A program made the translations under genes and the position numbers. DNA of 64,000 nt. Origin: Tubulanus polymorphus. Its lineage: Eukaryota; Animalia; Nemertea. The notes under the pieces are model-generated. The model saw only the letters and a list, made by a program, of their open reading frames with translations. It searched no databases and was not told the origin of the DNA. Positions 51,101 to 64,000 of this stretch are shown here, in pieces (positions within the stretch are counted from its first letter, which is position 1; each line of letters opens with the position of its first letter). The stretch spans positions 6,037,950 through 6,101,949 of the forward strand of contig NC_134026.1 in the NCBI RefSeq assembly GCF_964204645.1, read 5' to 3'.

Positions 51101-54100
51101 AGAGTTGAATTGAGCAAATGATATTTTGCAGGGAATTTTGTCAAGAATGAGGCAAGCTAAAGCATCAATGGGTGACTGGCAAGCACTTTACAAGGTTCAT
51201 TATTTGTAAACTCATTCAAGCGATCAAGAGAATTTGCCTCAAGATGCTTCCAGGAAAGATGTCTGCATGAAATCCCCTGTCACTAATTAGCAAGGCAGTG
51301 TGTACGAGTATTTTGATTAAAAAATTTTACTCAAAAAAGAAAAACTAATTGGTTATTAATTACTAATTTATAACCAATTAGTTTTTCTTTTTTGCGTTGA
51401 TACTCGGAGGCAGGATTTTAAGATGCAGCCATCTTTTCTTGCAGGTTTGCCCACCAGTTGTTTTTATTAGATTTTCCATCATTTACAGACTGCTTTCAAT
51501 GCTGTGTATATTGCTGACTTGGCGCGTGGTCACAGTCGTGATGTGTATATTTTCAAAATAATTTGCGACACCTTTACAGAAGAATTAAATCAAATTGCTT
51601 CCCTGATCAACAAAATAGTGAGTGCAAGTAGTTGAGACTATTTCCAGTCTTGAATGTTATTGAGTGAAAACCCACAATACGTCAAAACATCAGGAATAAA
51701 ACAAAAGCTGTTGTTTTAGATTTCTATTGCGGGTTTTCACTCAATAAAATAGTAAGTGTCTAAAAGTTTGAAAAGCATTTTTTTAGCCTGAATCAATACA
51801 GTCAGATGATAAATTATATCATACGACTAAGTGATGTTTATGCTATGTTATAAGTTATGTTTCAGGTGGATTTTGAAGAATCAGCAGCTCAGAATAGATT
51901 TATAGTGAAACCAAATATCGACCCTGAATTAGATGAAAGTAAATAGTCTTCCATTCAATTTGAAATTCTTTCCTTCAAATCATCATTCAACATATTGATA
52001 AGTATATTATATCGTTGACAGGAAAAAGAACGTACAATGGTCTGCCTGATTTTATGACGAAAGTAGCTCGCGCTGAGTTAGATTGTTTGGATGATATTAA
52101 TGAATGCAATGTCATATATCTACCGCAGGTACATTTATTATCTAGTAACATAAAACTAGTTCATTTAGGGAAGCATTTAAAGTTCTCATCTGTCAGTAGG
52201 CCTATACGTATAAGTGATAGAATTCAGACTCATTAGAAATGGGCTGCAATTTTCATCATTTACAATCCACAAGTTGTTCTGATCGAGAAACTTTTGTTCC
52301 AATTTTCTAGTTAGGATATCTACTAGCTATTCCCTTCGATAACATCACCGACGTGGAAACAAGTTCAATTCCTGGACTCTCGTTCATAGTAAGCTGTTCT
52401 TGTATGCAAAATACCCATATAGATTGATACGGTGGTGATTAGATTTTAACATGAAATGGAATGTTCCAATCTATTTCAGTTTTCTTCGAACAAAATGCAT
52501 CACTTTAAAAGTGAAGCAACAAAAGGTACGTTACATTAATTTCACTAGTTTCATACTAGGAATGTCATGCTGGACCCAAGTAAGCATTCATTCATCTAGT
52601 ATCTACAGCAGACTCCTCCTTACTCAGTCCCGGTCATGTTGGTGAATCTATTTGGTAAACCCTTCAATTTCTCTGATTTTCTATTAAATCGCAAACCATA
52701 CATCATTGCATCGGCTTTCAAAATGCGTTCCAATCGCGTGTATGATGAGTTTCAATTGGTATGATAAATGTGAATGCTATTCTTTAATGATTTGTATATC
52801 CCGCAACTTACTTACTTCTCTGCATCCCCTTTTGACCTCACATGTGGAAACAATCTTTTTTTTAGAGTTGGACATACTTTTAGGTGATACGCAGTGTGAA
52901 ATAACAGGTACTGTAGAGTTAGTTTAGCCTTTTTAGCCCACTTTGGACTTAAGTCCTGGCAGGTTATTGTGTTTACTTTTCGTCCAATGATTAATTTCTT
53001 CCAATGGCCAAAATGGTTAATTTTACTTAGATCTAAAAACAGCAACAGGACTTAAACTGCTTCATGAAAATAGATGATTGACCATTCTCTTCTGTAAAAC
53101 AGTTCACTGGAGTTAATCAACTTTTGTATTTCTAGATCATGAGACCAATATAATGCATCGTGTACAGGATCTGATATTACAATTGTCACCAGTTCTGATC
53201 AATGTCATGGACTATGCGGCTGAGCTTGATTGGTTTGTAGTCTAAATTTGGTTTTCTGTTTCCCTTGGCATTTATTGTATTCACTATAGCATCATGAGCT
53301 TCTTTGCCCTGTATAGTAAAGTAAATGATTCTAGTGCAGTTGGGCTATGCAAATATGAATTTTCTAACTTGGCCCAATGGTTTTTTTCTTCCGAAACTTA
53401 ATCCGATATATACAATTCCACAGCTTGTTGTCGTTGGCTGATTGTGCTAAAGAATTGAACTATGTATGTCCTCAGTTTACCGATTCTACTGGTGTAAAAG
53501 TAATCGGTGGCAGGTAATTACGGTAACTTTTAAACAATATTTCGAACTGGAATTATAATTAGTATGATTCATATAATATATTTATTAATTTATGTAACTG
53601 GAACGCTTGGAAACACCTTTTTTTGTTGATGGAAAATGTCTTGATTTCCTTATCGACTTCCCGCCTCTCTCTATCATGTCACTAAAAAGTATCGATAAAC
53701 GTCAAGCTTAGAAGATCGTGGCAATTGTAATCGAAAGCTTTATTTCTTCCCTTTGAAGGCATCCATTACAGGAGCTGTGTTGTAGCCCATTCGTTGCTAA
53801 TGATTGGAATAGTGGTGCGGATGCGAGTAAGGTGAAAATACTGACTGGTCCAAATGCCAGTGGGAAAAGTATATATTTAAAACAGGTAAATGTATTTGAT
53901 CTACATAGACAAGTGACAAGTCTCTAATTCAGTGGAAGAAAACCCACATTTAGAGGATTAGTGACTTTTCAACCAAATTTTGTTTCAATTTTAATTGTGG
54001 CCCATAAAATTGAGTCGAAATGACATTGCTATAGTTTTTCTTCATAATTGTGGGATTTTTCTTAAAAAAAACTGGTATTTTGATTTTTCACTTGGTTTTA

Positions 54101-55847
54101 CATTCTCTACGGACCCTACCGCTAAGGCAAAGCTTTTAAATACTTTTTTGCAAAATAATCGTTTGATCACCCTTCAACTTAAATGCATTTTTCTAATGCT
54201 GTACAGGTAGCTACGATTGTATATATGGCTCACATTGGAAGTTTTGTACCCGCTGAATCGGCAGTTATCGGACCCATTGATCGGATCTTTACCCGTATTC
54301 GAACCTCGGAGAGCGTTTCAGTCGGTTTATCAACATACATGATAGACTTGACACAGGTCGGTCAAATAAGATACCAATACTTACTGCTAGAATAATATCC
54401 CAGCACCGGTTTTCAAATAGAATGTATTGAAGTTGTACAGCTGTTAATTACAGTATAGCTAAGCAACTAAAACGGTGGTTATCAAGGAAACATTTTCATA
54501 AGTTTTACATTGTATATTTAATACCTGCTTTTTATCTGAATTTTTCCTAACGCGTAAAATATTTAGTAGTCTTTCTATTAAATATACACAGGTGTCATCA
54601 TCACTTCAATCAGCTACTGGAAACTCGTTGGTCATTCTTGATGAATTTGGCAAAGGTACTGAGATGGTAAGCTATTTCTATGACTTTATCATCTGCAATC
54701 ACTGCCTCAAAAATCTAATCAATTAATCAATCAATCAAAGACAATCCCTGTACTACGATCAAGAAAAGAACATTTGTCATATAATTATTCTCTATGGCAA
54801 TAATGTCTAATTTACTGATACCAAATCGATTTTGCAAGATGATTAATTGTGATAAAGGAGATAGACTGAGAGGAATTTCATCAGAAATTGATGCATTTTT
54901 TGGGAAAGAACTTATTTATTTCGGACTGGATCTTAATGGTTGTGGTAGGAGCTTAGTGACCAAAACTTAGAACACTTGAGGCTGCTGGGAACTCAGATGT
55001 GCTTAATTTTTTAGGTAGATGGAATTGCCCTTTTAGCTGCTTGTATTAGGCATTGGATTGCTAAAAGAGAGAATTGCCCACATTTGTTGGTTTCGACACA
55101 TTTTCATGGAATTATACATCAACATTTACTTCCAGATTCTCAACTTGTTTCCTATCAGGTAGCTTTGTAAACCGTAGTACTGAGTGCATAGTTAGTATGA
55201 AAGCATGAGCTAAGACTTAGTTCGTATTTGTAGACAATGGAGACAATACAAGAAGGTAATGAACTAGTATTCCTGTATGGACTAATTGATGGATATGCTG
55301 CCTGTAGTTACGCCGGTCATGTTGCAGCCCAAGCCGGATTACCCGATGAAATTATACTCAGAGGAAGAGAGGTAAGTTCGAATATAACAGAGCTTTGTGT
55401 GATTTACTTTTAGATTCATCTGACTTCATGGAACTTAAATCGGATTCGCCTTTTTTAGGTGTCAAAAATGCTCAGAGAGAACAAACCAATTAACCGTGTG
55501 GCAAATGAAACATATGAAAATCAATATAAAAGGTTTGTAAAAGAGGGATCAAGTCTAACTTGCTCCTGTGGAACCGGGTCTCAATGATTTATACCAATCA
55601 ATATTCCTATTCAACGGAAGAAATGAAAATCAATCTTCAATGACTTGAAGAAAGACCTTGGATTGACTGATCTGATGAAATAACGAAAATCAAACACTTC
55701 ATCACTCATTCATCTTACTCGTAATTTCTACTTGGTTGTAGGTGTTCTACTATCGTTGAAAAGTTCTTGGAGCTCGATTTGGAGAAAGACGACATCCATA
55801 AATTTCTACGGGAAGTAGTATTACCAACCAGCAAAGACTTGTTATGA
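47336..55847 (+). CDS. MSH5: Meiotic MutS homolog 5, ~26 coding exons
   Basis: Spliced peptides [83 protein letters not shown], Walker [54 protein letters not shown]; stop TGA 55845-55847. The first exon (47336-47446) is less certain. Confidence 0.95.
48079..48146. repeat. (GTT)n microsatellite
   Basis: About 22 trinucleotide units just upstream of the MSH5 exon 3 acceptor. Confidence 0.97.
48351..48511. mobile_element. Degenerate TA-flanked MITE
   Basis: TA-CAGTAAAAGTCC ... GGACTTCGACTG-TA. Confidence 0.5.
51332..51394. repeat. AT-rich palindrome with 25-bp perfect arms in an MSH5 intron
   Basis: CAAAAAAGAAAAACTAATTGGTTAT-(13 nt)-ATAACCAATTAGTTTTTCTTTTTTG. Confidence 0.85.
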
Positions 55848-58800
55848 AACTAATTTGTTTACCCGGCGTGTGTATGTAGGAATTTTAATGCTACTCAAGA
55901 TGCAGTGGTTTACGTTGTTCTTTACTGCTCAATTATTGAGATACTTACTTGTTATTTGATGATATTTATTTTGCTGTTTTTGATATATTTTGAACACGTT
56001 ATTGTTTGTATTGTTGTTTCATGAATAGAATCCTGTGTTGTTCTGGTGAAATCTTACTCTTTACTTAGTCCATTCTGGGCCGGGTTTCTCGAAAGTTAAA
56101 CCCTCTTACATAAAAATACATCCTCTTTATGTATTTTAGCTTACATGGATAGTGATATATTGCAGATTGTAGGCTGGCTACATTGGAATACTGTTCAAGC
56201 TCAAACATTGGGTAGATGAACGAAGAGTCCATGGGTAAACTGATAAATTTGATATATATGAGGCCCTACCCTTATCCTTGAAATTATTAAGTCAACTCAG
56301 GCATGGCTCCCCAGTCTCATGAGATTAGTGGTAGACAACCCGATAATCCTAATGCCGTCGAACAACCTGCTGATGTTGCCATCGGACCCAGGGAAAGTGC
56401 ACAATCTTAAGTCCATGGTTTACATTATATGAAATTGCATGTCCTGCATGAATTCTTTTGAAGTAAAGACCACCTTAGGTAGGATGTAGGTAATGTTGAT
56501 GATTAGTTTGTCTGACAAGTCAGTCTCTACACTCGGGCAGCTAGCTAATCATTCAGTCTACCCAGACGGCTACTCCAGTTACTCCAGCTCCTTGAGCTCT
56601 CCATGCAGGCATTAATTTACCATATTCAATTCACTTCAGCTGCCTTCATGTCGATCCACCCTCTCAACTACTAAACTGACAAAAAATATTCAGATTTCTT
56701 ACTGTTTATTTACAAAAATCAAAGTACATTTAAATATGGTATCAATACAGAGTCATTAATGGCATTAATGATTTCATAATAATATATTACAGTACAAAAA
56801 TTGCCAGACAACAAATCATCCTTTTTAAACAACATTTACTGACAAGCATCATTTTACTGAAGTGGTTGGCACAGACACCTATAACATTTCATCTTTATCG
56901 AATTCTAATTAAATGATTTATTTGACCGAATTTTAAAACTATGTCGAGTTACGCTAAAAATGTCACTATGTAATTCCATCTCATAACATTATGCTAACTT
57001 CATGCAAATGATTTTTGTATTGAAAGACTACTGCGTTCTTTAAAAAAATAATGGAACCACGATTGATGTACTGGTACAGTAAACCTCGCCTTACTCGGAC
57101 AAAGCAAACTCGGACGTTCGACATTTTCTTATCCTTATCTCAGATTTCGCTTACTTCTGACCAATTTTGCCGGTCTCAGTTTGTCCGAAGTAGGCAAGGT
57201 TTACTGTACCATTATACCTTTGGTTCCCAGGTGTTGTCGTTGACCATACAAACAAATTATTGAGTTACATTAAATATCAGTCACCATTGCACCTGCGGGT
57301 ACGCGTAATATGATATGAGCGAAAAAATAAATACATAAATCAATTATGAAATAAAATACACCTTTACGTATATGTATAGTACACACATACATTTAATCAA
57401 CATCTAAGCAACTGTCTGCCACCCACAGTTACAAATACATGTACACCTTATATACGAATGCATTCCTATACCGGTAAAAATAAACGTCGAGATGGAAAAA
57501 AGAGAAATACGGAATTCACTCCATCGAACCTATGAAAAAAATTCCACGAGGAAAGGAGTGGCATTTCTGCTGTATTTCAATTCATTGGCATCTACAATTT
57601 GGGGAAAGTAGGCTTCGGACTACAGTTGCCTGAAAAAGACCTTATGGCTTGAAGTACAGCTTTAGATAGAAACAGGCTTGTCAAAAAAATGTTTTGTATA
57701 GTTTTATTCTTCCTTTGATTAGTGAAATTAACAGCCCTCAATAGACAACAAGTGACTGAAATCAAAAATATAGGGGTGATTGTAGACAAAGCTTATCTAT
57801 CAGTGTATTCAATCTTTGAGTTATCATTCTGACATCTGTACTGCTTACTCTTACTCTTACTCTTTCTACCAGCTTCTCTCAATTCCATCCCTGGGTTCGA
57901 TGATCTTTATTATTAACCCACAATTTATCTACCACCAACAACTAGTGTCCTTTTGTTCACAAAAAACCAAACATTAAAATATTCTATAAAACAGCATTAC
58001 CACTAACCCAGGATGAATATTTTCATTTGTAATACAAATTATGTACATAAATGTACATACATGAAGATGTTCATCCTTATTATATGTGTTTAGTGCAAGA
58101 ATGTATGTAAAAATTGGGCATCGTCAGATTTGAACACATATTTCATGAGCAAACTGAATGAAGGAAGCACAGGGATAATGGTATACTGGCAACGCTACAG
58201 TGGCCAGCGAGCATTCGGCAATAATCCGCCAGGATCGCTAGTTGCACTGGGTTACCGCGCTTCAATTTCCTTCCTACATTTCAATTAAATTGGAATCTAT
58301 CTTTCTCATTGGCAAATCAATTCTCAGCAGTGAAATCTATACCAGACACTGAGCGAGAAAGCGGATCTTATATCTATACAATGACTCATTCGATAATTTC
58401 AAATTTCATCGAAAATGAACTGATTTTCACTATGAATAACCCAGTGTTTTGTTGCGCCATCTGGTGAGTGCCGGTATCCCATTGAATTATACAATTATCA
58501 TCCAATAAGGGTCTGGGGCCGACCGCAGCCGAGTAGCTCTTCAGACAACATAGATACCAATAGTACACAGGTACAAATCAATTCATATCATATAAACACC
58601 TTATCGATAAAAAATTGTTGCCTTTAGCATAAGATAATATAGTCTCCATTCAATGAGTTAGCTACAATTTTAAAATATAGATGCGTACTCATATATGCTG
58701 TCATATTACGGCCACGTTGAATCCACATCAAAATTCCTTCATACTGTACATACAGACTTCAATACAGATCTAGATATCAAGTTACAATATATTTTACAAG

Positions 58801-59139
58801 ATTTCTGTCCAGAATTTTCTTGAATATATGCGTAAAGCATGGAAATGAAATGGCCCAATGGAAAATAATATCAATACGGCGATTGTTGAATTGCTCTAAA
58901 TACCATTAGCCAGTTAAGAAGATCACCCCATTTAACCACGCGATAATCTAATGTGAATATTTTCAGGAGGAATTATCGCTGGGGTCTATCGTCTAATGCG
59001 TTTGATTGTTGCAACGTACAAAAAAAAAAAAAACTACCATTAAATCACATTTAAATATTACACGAGTGAAAATAAACGCACTGCCTTTTTATCTCAGTCA
59101 TAACCATTCAGTTCAATATGTTTCCTATATCACGAGTTG

Positions 59140-62100
59140 TTAGGCATTCTCTTCATCCGACATGAGTGGTTGAATTTCGTGTTTTCTAAGACCTGCAACA
59201 AATGGAATCAAATGAATCCGAGAATTAATTACAATACACTAGTGTGTCGTGCCTAGACTGACAAGAGTTGCCGTGGACCCAGTTAGTTAGAAGTTGAGTC
59301 GTCTACCATTAAAATTAGTTAATTCATAATGATTTAACTCGTAAGTGATCTTATAAAACTGTGGGACTGGGTCTTGTATTTAAAAAAAATATTCTTCAAC
59401 ACCGTAAAAACCATAACAATAATGTTTACATACATCGATACATATAGTATGCATTGTGTAAGGGGGTTCTGTGTAAGTCGATGTGCACTACTTCATACTA
59501 ATATTGGCGTTTCAAAATAACAATTACAATCGTGAATTTTGGCGTTCATATTCATGACACTTATTTTCTACTTGATAAATTTTCATGACAATTTTCATGA
59601 ATTTTGAGTAGACACGCATTAAATCAACAGTACCGAACATACCTGTGTCTCTATTGAATTTATCTATAGACGTTGTTACCGAGCCGCGCCTCGACGTTGA
59701 TTTCATATTAGCATGCGGATTCTGCGGGATCATTGTCGCTATAAGAAGCGCCAGGAAAACTAACACCGAACCAAATGCAAACGGTGGACCGGGCATGATC
59801 GTCTGAAAATCAGAAATGTTCATCAGTAAGCGAAATATTTCAGTACTTATAATTCCAACCTCAATGATCAATATCCAAAACCTTCACAAGTCTTAGTCTC
59901 AGAGTTATTTACTAACAAATCGATCTTATCTCAAACCTTGATTTAATGAAAATGCTTCTAATGAAGTATCAGTTACAACAAAGAAATTTTCACACCCCGG
60001 TGGTTTGCCGGTTCAGGGTGACTGGAACCGAAATTTCCAATTATGTACTTTGATTTAAACAGAAAATTCTGTAAATTCGACCACCGATCACACAACTTTA
60101 TATCTGTACTTCGATTTCCGATTTCATAATGAAATCCCCTGTTTCATGCCCGGCAAATGCATCCTCTCTTGGCATGGATTTGAACCTGGTGGCATCGCTT
60201 GACTCAGCCACGGCACGAAACCCTGCCACACAAGACCGAGTGTGCAGCCTAAGATGATGTCATTAGTAGCCAATCAGAAATCCCATTTGATTTTAGCCCG
60301 GGTTTTTCCACTTAAAGTTGTTTCCACTTATAACTGTCTGATGGCAGTCTTTGGCAGCAATCCTGCGCGTGTATCTGGTTTTGTACCGTGGTGAGTCTCG
60401 ATGCCATCAGGTTCGAATCCCTGACGGCGGAGGACGATAAAGAGTTAAATCTGAGCGTACTAACCTCGTGTATGCGATGTAATGAGTTGATCGAGTTACT
60501 AGTGACGTTGTTCTGTAATTGCGGCGTATTTTTCACGTCGTCGTGGTCGTTTAAATTAACGTGGAATAAATAGAATATCAGCCCGTACAGAGCTGGACCG
60601 AGTCCGTTACACAGTCCTCGGATACCGGTTACGACGCCCTGCGCAACTCCTAAAAAAGATACATCCAAACATTTTTTTAAATAGGCAATTATTGAAATTT
60701 GATAATACATTTAGATTTAGATTTTGATGATAGTCCTACAATGATTTGAAAACTAGAAGGCTGGTTTGAATTTAATGCACTCTTTTATCAAGTCAAGGGA
60801 TGGCATTTTTGAATGAAAACCATTAAGCCTAGAACAATTAATTTCGATGTCGCGTGACCTTGAGCTATACTGTCACTGGGTAAGAGAGTACATTGTACCT
60901 ATGCAGTATTTTGATGGGGCCTAAATAAAAACATGTTTTTCATTTTCGATTCATAAATACAGCAGGCCTTCATCTTTAAAAATCTCTAAATGGGCATGAA
61001 TGCACTAAAACATTTTTATCACTACACAAACAAAAATCTTTTAAAGAACAATGTAACAGCTTAGAGATAAGATAATGGGCATTTCTAGATTGTCTTGTTA
61101 GCAATCACGATCAGTCTTTTTCTGATTAAAATGTCAAGAGGGTACTATGTGTACTAGCAACATAACTCTGGCTTGTACTAGCTGGTTACACAAACCGATA
61201 TATACATAGTCACATGTTGTATTCAACATTTATGACATGAATATATAAATTATCTTTACCCAAAATCCATAAATAGCAGAACATTGGATACATTCTAGGG
61301 CTCAAGCGAGATGTAAGGCGAAAATACGTATTCTGACTTACGTATTACAGTAGCCATAATTATCACCTGATCATCGTACTTAGTGGCTGAAAAAAATGTA
61401 GATTTCAAATACAAAATGTTTCTCGTACCTTGTTGGTCGACTTCCGCATGTGTTGAAACAAATGAACTGATAGCCGGATATGTAATACTTGAACCAGCCG
61501 CGATACAACCAGCCGCCCACATTATCCTGAAAGAGTGGGGAATAAAACTCATTAATGGAAAAACAATGACTGAAGTAAAATTTCAAACCGTTTTTCCACT
61601 TCAGCATTCACGGGCAACTGTTGACGACATCCCAGTGGTCACCAACTGATGACCACAAGGATTAGGATACAGAGGTCAAACAGCCACATGCTTTTGCTAT
61701 GCAACTATGTCATAGTGACGGCCAAACACAATGGTAAATTTACATGACAAATTACTGAAATTTGTAAAGGACTATATGACTTTTATTGTTATATATGTCT
61801 GCAACACCGACGAGCAAACAAATTACCAGTTTGATGTCACATGCACAACATCTAGGGGTCATTCATTACGTATGCTTGAGGGCAGGGGGAGGGGTCAGTG
61901 CAGCGCTGATTTTGCATACGAGAGGAAGGGGGGTTGAAAAATTATGATGCATACGTAATAAATGAATGATCTCCTAGCGTATCAAGAGATGACATCCAAG
62001 AACTTGCCACCGTCCTATACAATATGCAGGCATCTCAATCGTCCTAACCTCGTTAACTATGAGCGCCAAGCTTAGGTAGCCACCGCAATTCGATAGCATT

Positions 62101-64000
62101 TTTGTACACAGAACACAGGAAAATTCGTTATTCATCGCAACTGTTTATCGGCAAATATTCATATTCACACAACAGCGCGACGTACTAATCTACCAGCACA
62201 AAAATTCGAAAAACAGCTGTTCCCTTTCATTCCATATGAATCAAGACCCTAGATTCAATAATACAAATGGATCCGAGCTAACTCTTGTTGACACGCATAT
62301 ATGGCTGCGCAATTCGTAAATAATCAATATCTCTTTTTGTTAGTTGATTTTCAGGACTCGGTTTCATTGACTGCATGATACTTGTTATAACCCGTGGGAA
62401 TATTGCAAAATATGACGATTTCTATGATTTTTCATTTTTTCCTATGGCAGTAATCGGATAAATAAATGCCACCGGATAATTTTGACATGCAGCTAATGAA
62501 ACTGAGTCGACAACTACGGTTTGTCGTTTCCCTAGCCTAACTTTCTATTGAGTCCTAACCCTGTGGCCGCTTTTAGTGCGGATGCTTACTGGTACGATGC
62601 TGCGAATAAATTTCAAAAGAAATGTCTGAAAATTTCCAAAATGATTTGACAGGCATCAGCCATCTTTTATTTGAAAAAAGGAACATGGCTACGCCCCATT
62701 TTTTTCAGTAGTATAACACACGGGAGATAGGAAGCGAAAATGAGATAAGGGAGAGAAATCGAACACCGGCCAAACACAGGTGAAAAACTTACCAGACCTC
62801 GGAACCGAACCCGTAGCACGCCAGCTGCAGCATTTCAAACACTAGACCGATCATGATTGTATGCTTATTACCGAGATATTTCATCAACACGGCGAGAATG
62901 GCAGTCTAATATATCAACGATGAGAAAACATCCAATTACAAAAATCACTATCAAGAACGTAGAGGATAAAACAATAAGCAATAACGAGCTTTGAAATTAA
63001 CAATTGTAATCAAATTGAAGATATTTTCCAAATATCAAAATTGAGACTTTCTTCTTCAGTACAGTGGGTTTTCACTTTTCTAAATATGGAATTTAAACAT
63101 TTTCCGCTTGCTTAAGTTTAAAATATTACGGTTTTTGAGATTCTATAAGCCTATAATTTCTTTGTATCTTTCGCATGTTAAAAAGCAGACCCAGTTTCCC
63201 AGTTCCTGAACTTCCACAAAGTTCATTTTCTTTTCAATGCAAACTGGGACCCAACTCCACAGTTGTGAGTTAGAGTTTACTCTGAGTTAAAGTTAGTTCA
63301 TTTTCAATTAGTTAACTCAAGGGAACTGTGGAACTGGACCCAGTACATTCAATCGATACAGGGGAGATGACGATTCAATGTCAATCGTAACAATAGCAGC
63401 GGTTTTTAAAAACGGTTAAGCGGTTAAGGAGTGGAAGGAAGGAAGGGAAGTTAATCGGTACGTACTTGAGCTAAAACAGATAAAACACCGACGACTGCAA
63501 TAAAAGATGCTACAGCCTCTTCTGAGAAACCCATTATCTGTAAAATGTGAAGATAGTAATTAACATCGTTGCATCTCTAGCCAGTAATCAGTTTAAAAAG
63601 TGTAGATTTCACAGACAAAGCGTATAGCATTAACCCTTTCAGTGCATCTACACCGCAGTGCGGTGTATAAATCAGTGATAGATTTTGCTAGCACACCGTA
63701 CGCGGTGCGGTGTAGATGCACTATAGTGGAATTCCTGTATTCCATTGTTCATAATATAAGACTAATGCAATATTCGGAATTAACTCCGGAGATAATCCGA
63801 ATAAATTAATTTTTCGCCAATTCACGGTTGCGAAACAGATCACCTAATTGATTCAAACTAGAAGTAAACCGTCGTTCGTGAAACCGGGCCTTACAGTCAT
63901 AATACGTACCAGTTTGAGATAGACGAAGAAACACGAATATTCACCGGCTTCAGGCAAATACGACAGGAACACCGTTATACACAGCATAATCATCATTTTG
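59140..64000 (-). CDS. MFSD14A: MFS transporter MFSD14/HIAT1 family, 3' portion (runs off the window)
   Basis: Exons approx. 63910->64000, 63467-63537, 62793-62906, 61429-61527, 60467-60649, 59643-59802, 59140-59192. Motifs CITVFLSYLPEAGEYSCFFVYL, GNKHTIMIGLVFEMLQL, MWAAGCIAAGSSITYPAISS, QGVVTGIRGLCNGLGPALYG, PGPPFAFGSVLV. It cannot be assigned to the vertebrate A versus B paralog. Confidence 0.93.
60163..60433. mobile_element. Two inverted copies of a tRNA-derived SINE-like fragment (60163-60240 minus; 60367-60433 plus)
   Basis: Shared GT.CCGTGG.TGAGTC..CGATGCCA.CAGGTTC.AATCC; pol III B-box GGTTCGAATCC at 60410-60420. Confidence 0.6.
63244..63343. mobile_element. Short MITE; related remnants near 32330-32435 and 59275-59375
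   Basis: CTGGGACCCAACTCCACAGTT ... AACTGTGGAACTGGACCCAG inverted termini. Confidence 0.65.

Noticed and set aside
60367-60433. Possible tRNA gene (GGTTCGAATCC)
   Set aside because: No acceptor stem, D-arm or anticodon arm; treated as SINE-like.

Overview
AT-rich, intron-rich animal genomic DNA; gene content suggests a non-insect marine invertebrate, possibly a lophotrochozoan (inference). Genes in order: the 3' end of an EGF-CFC (Cripto/one-eyed-pinhead-like) gene (+, missed by the ORF track), DBT (-), RTCA (+, head-to-head with DBT), ~12 kb with no recognisable CDS, PET100 (-), intronless jun (-), MSH5 (+, ~26 exons) and the 3' part of MFSD14/HIAT1 (-). The most striking object is a 2.15-kb TIR transposon in RTCA intron 4 (16074-18226) with 33-bp perfect TIRs and a duplicated target. 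It holds two convergent, spliced, apparently internally deleted genes: a + strand gene starting with a RAG1-N-terminal-like zinc finger and a - strand 3-exon gene ending in a possible kelch-like strand. This resembles the ProtoRAG layout, but the termini are not RSS-like. It also carries a nested Penelope-type fragment with a minimal hammerhead ribozyme. Other points: a 1.16-kb foldback element in PET100 intron 1, a jun promoter with the vertebrate CCAAT/jun1/MEF2/TATA module order, a structured hairpin in the jun 3' region, a decayed RTCA exon duplicate, and many MITEs. All exon coordinates were read by eye and may be off by a few bases; no database searches were run.
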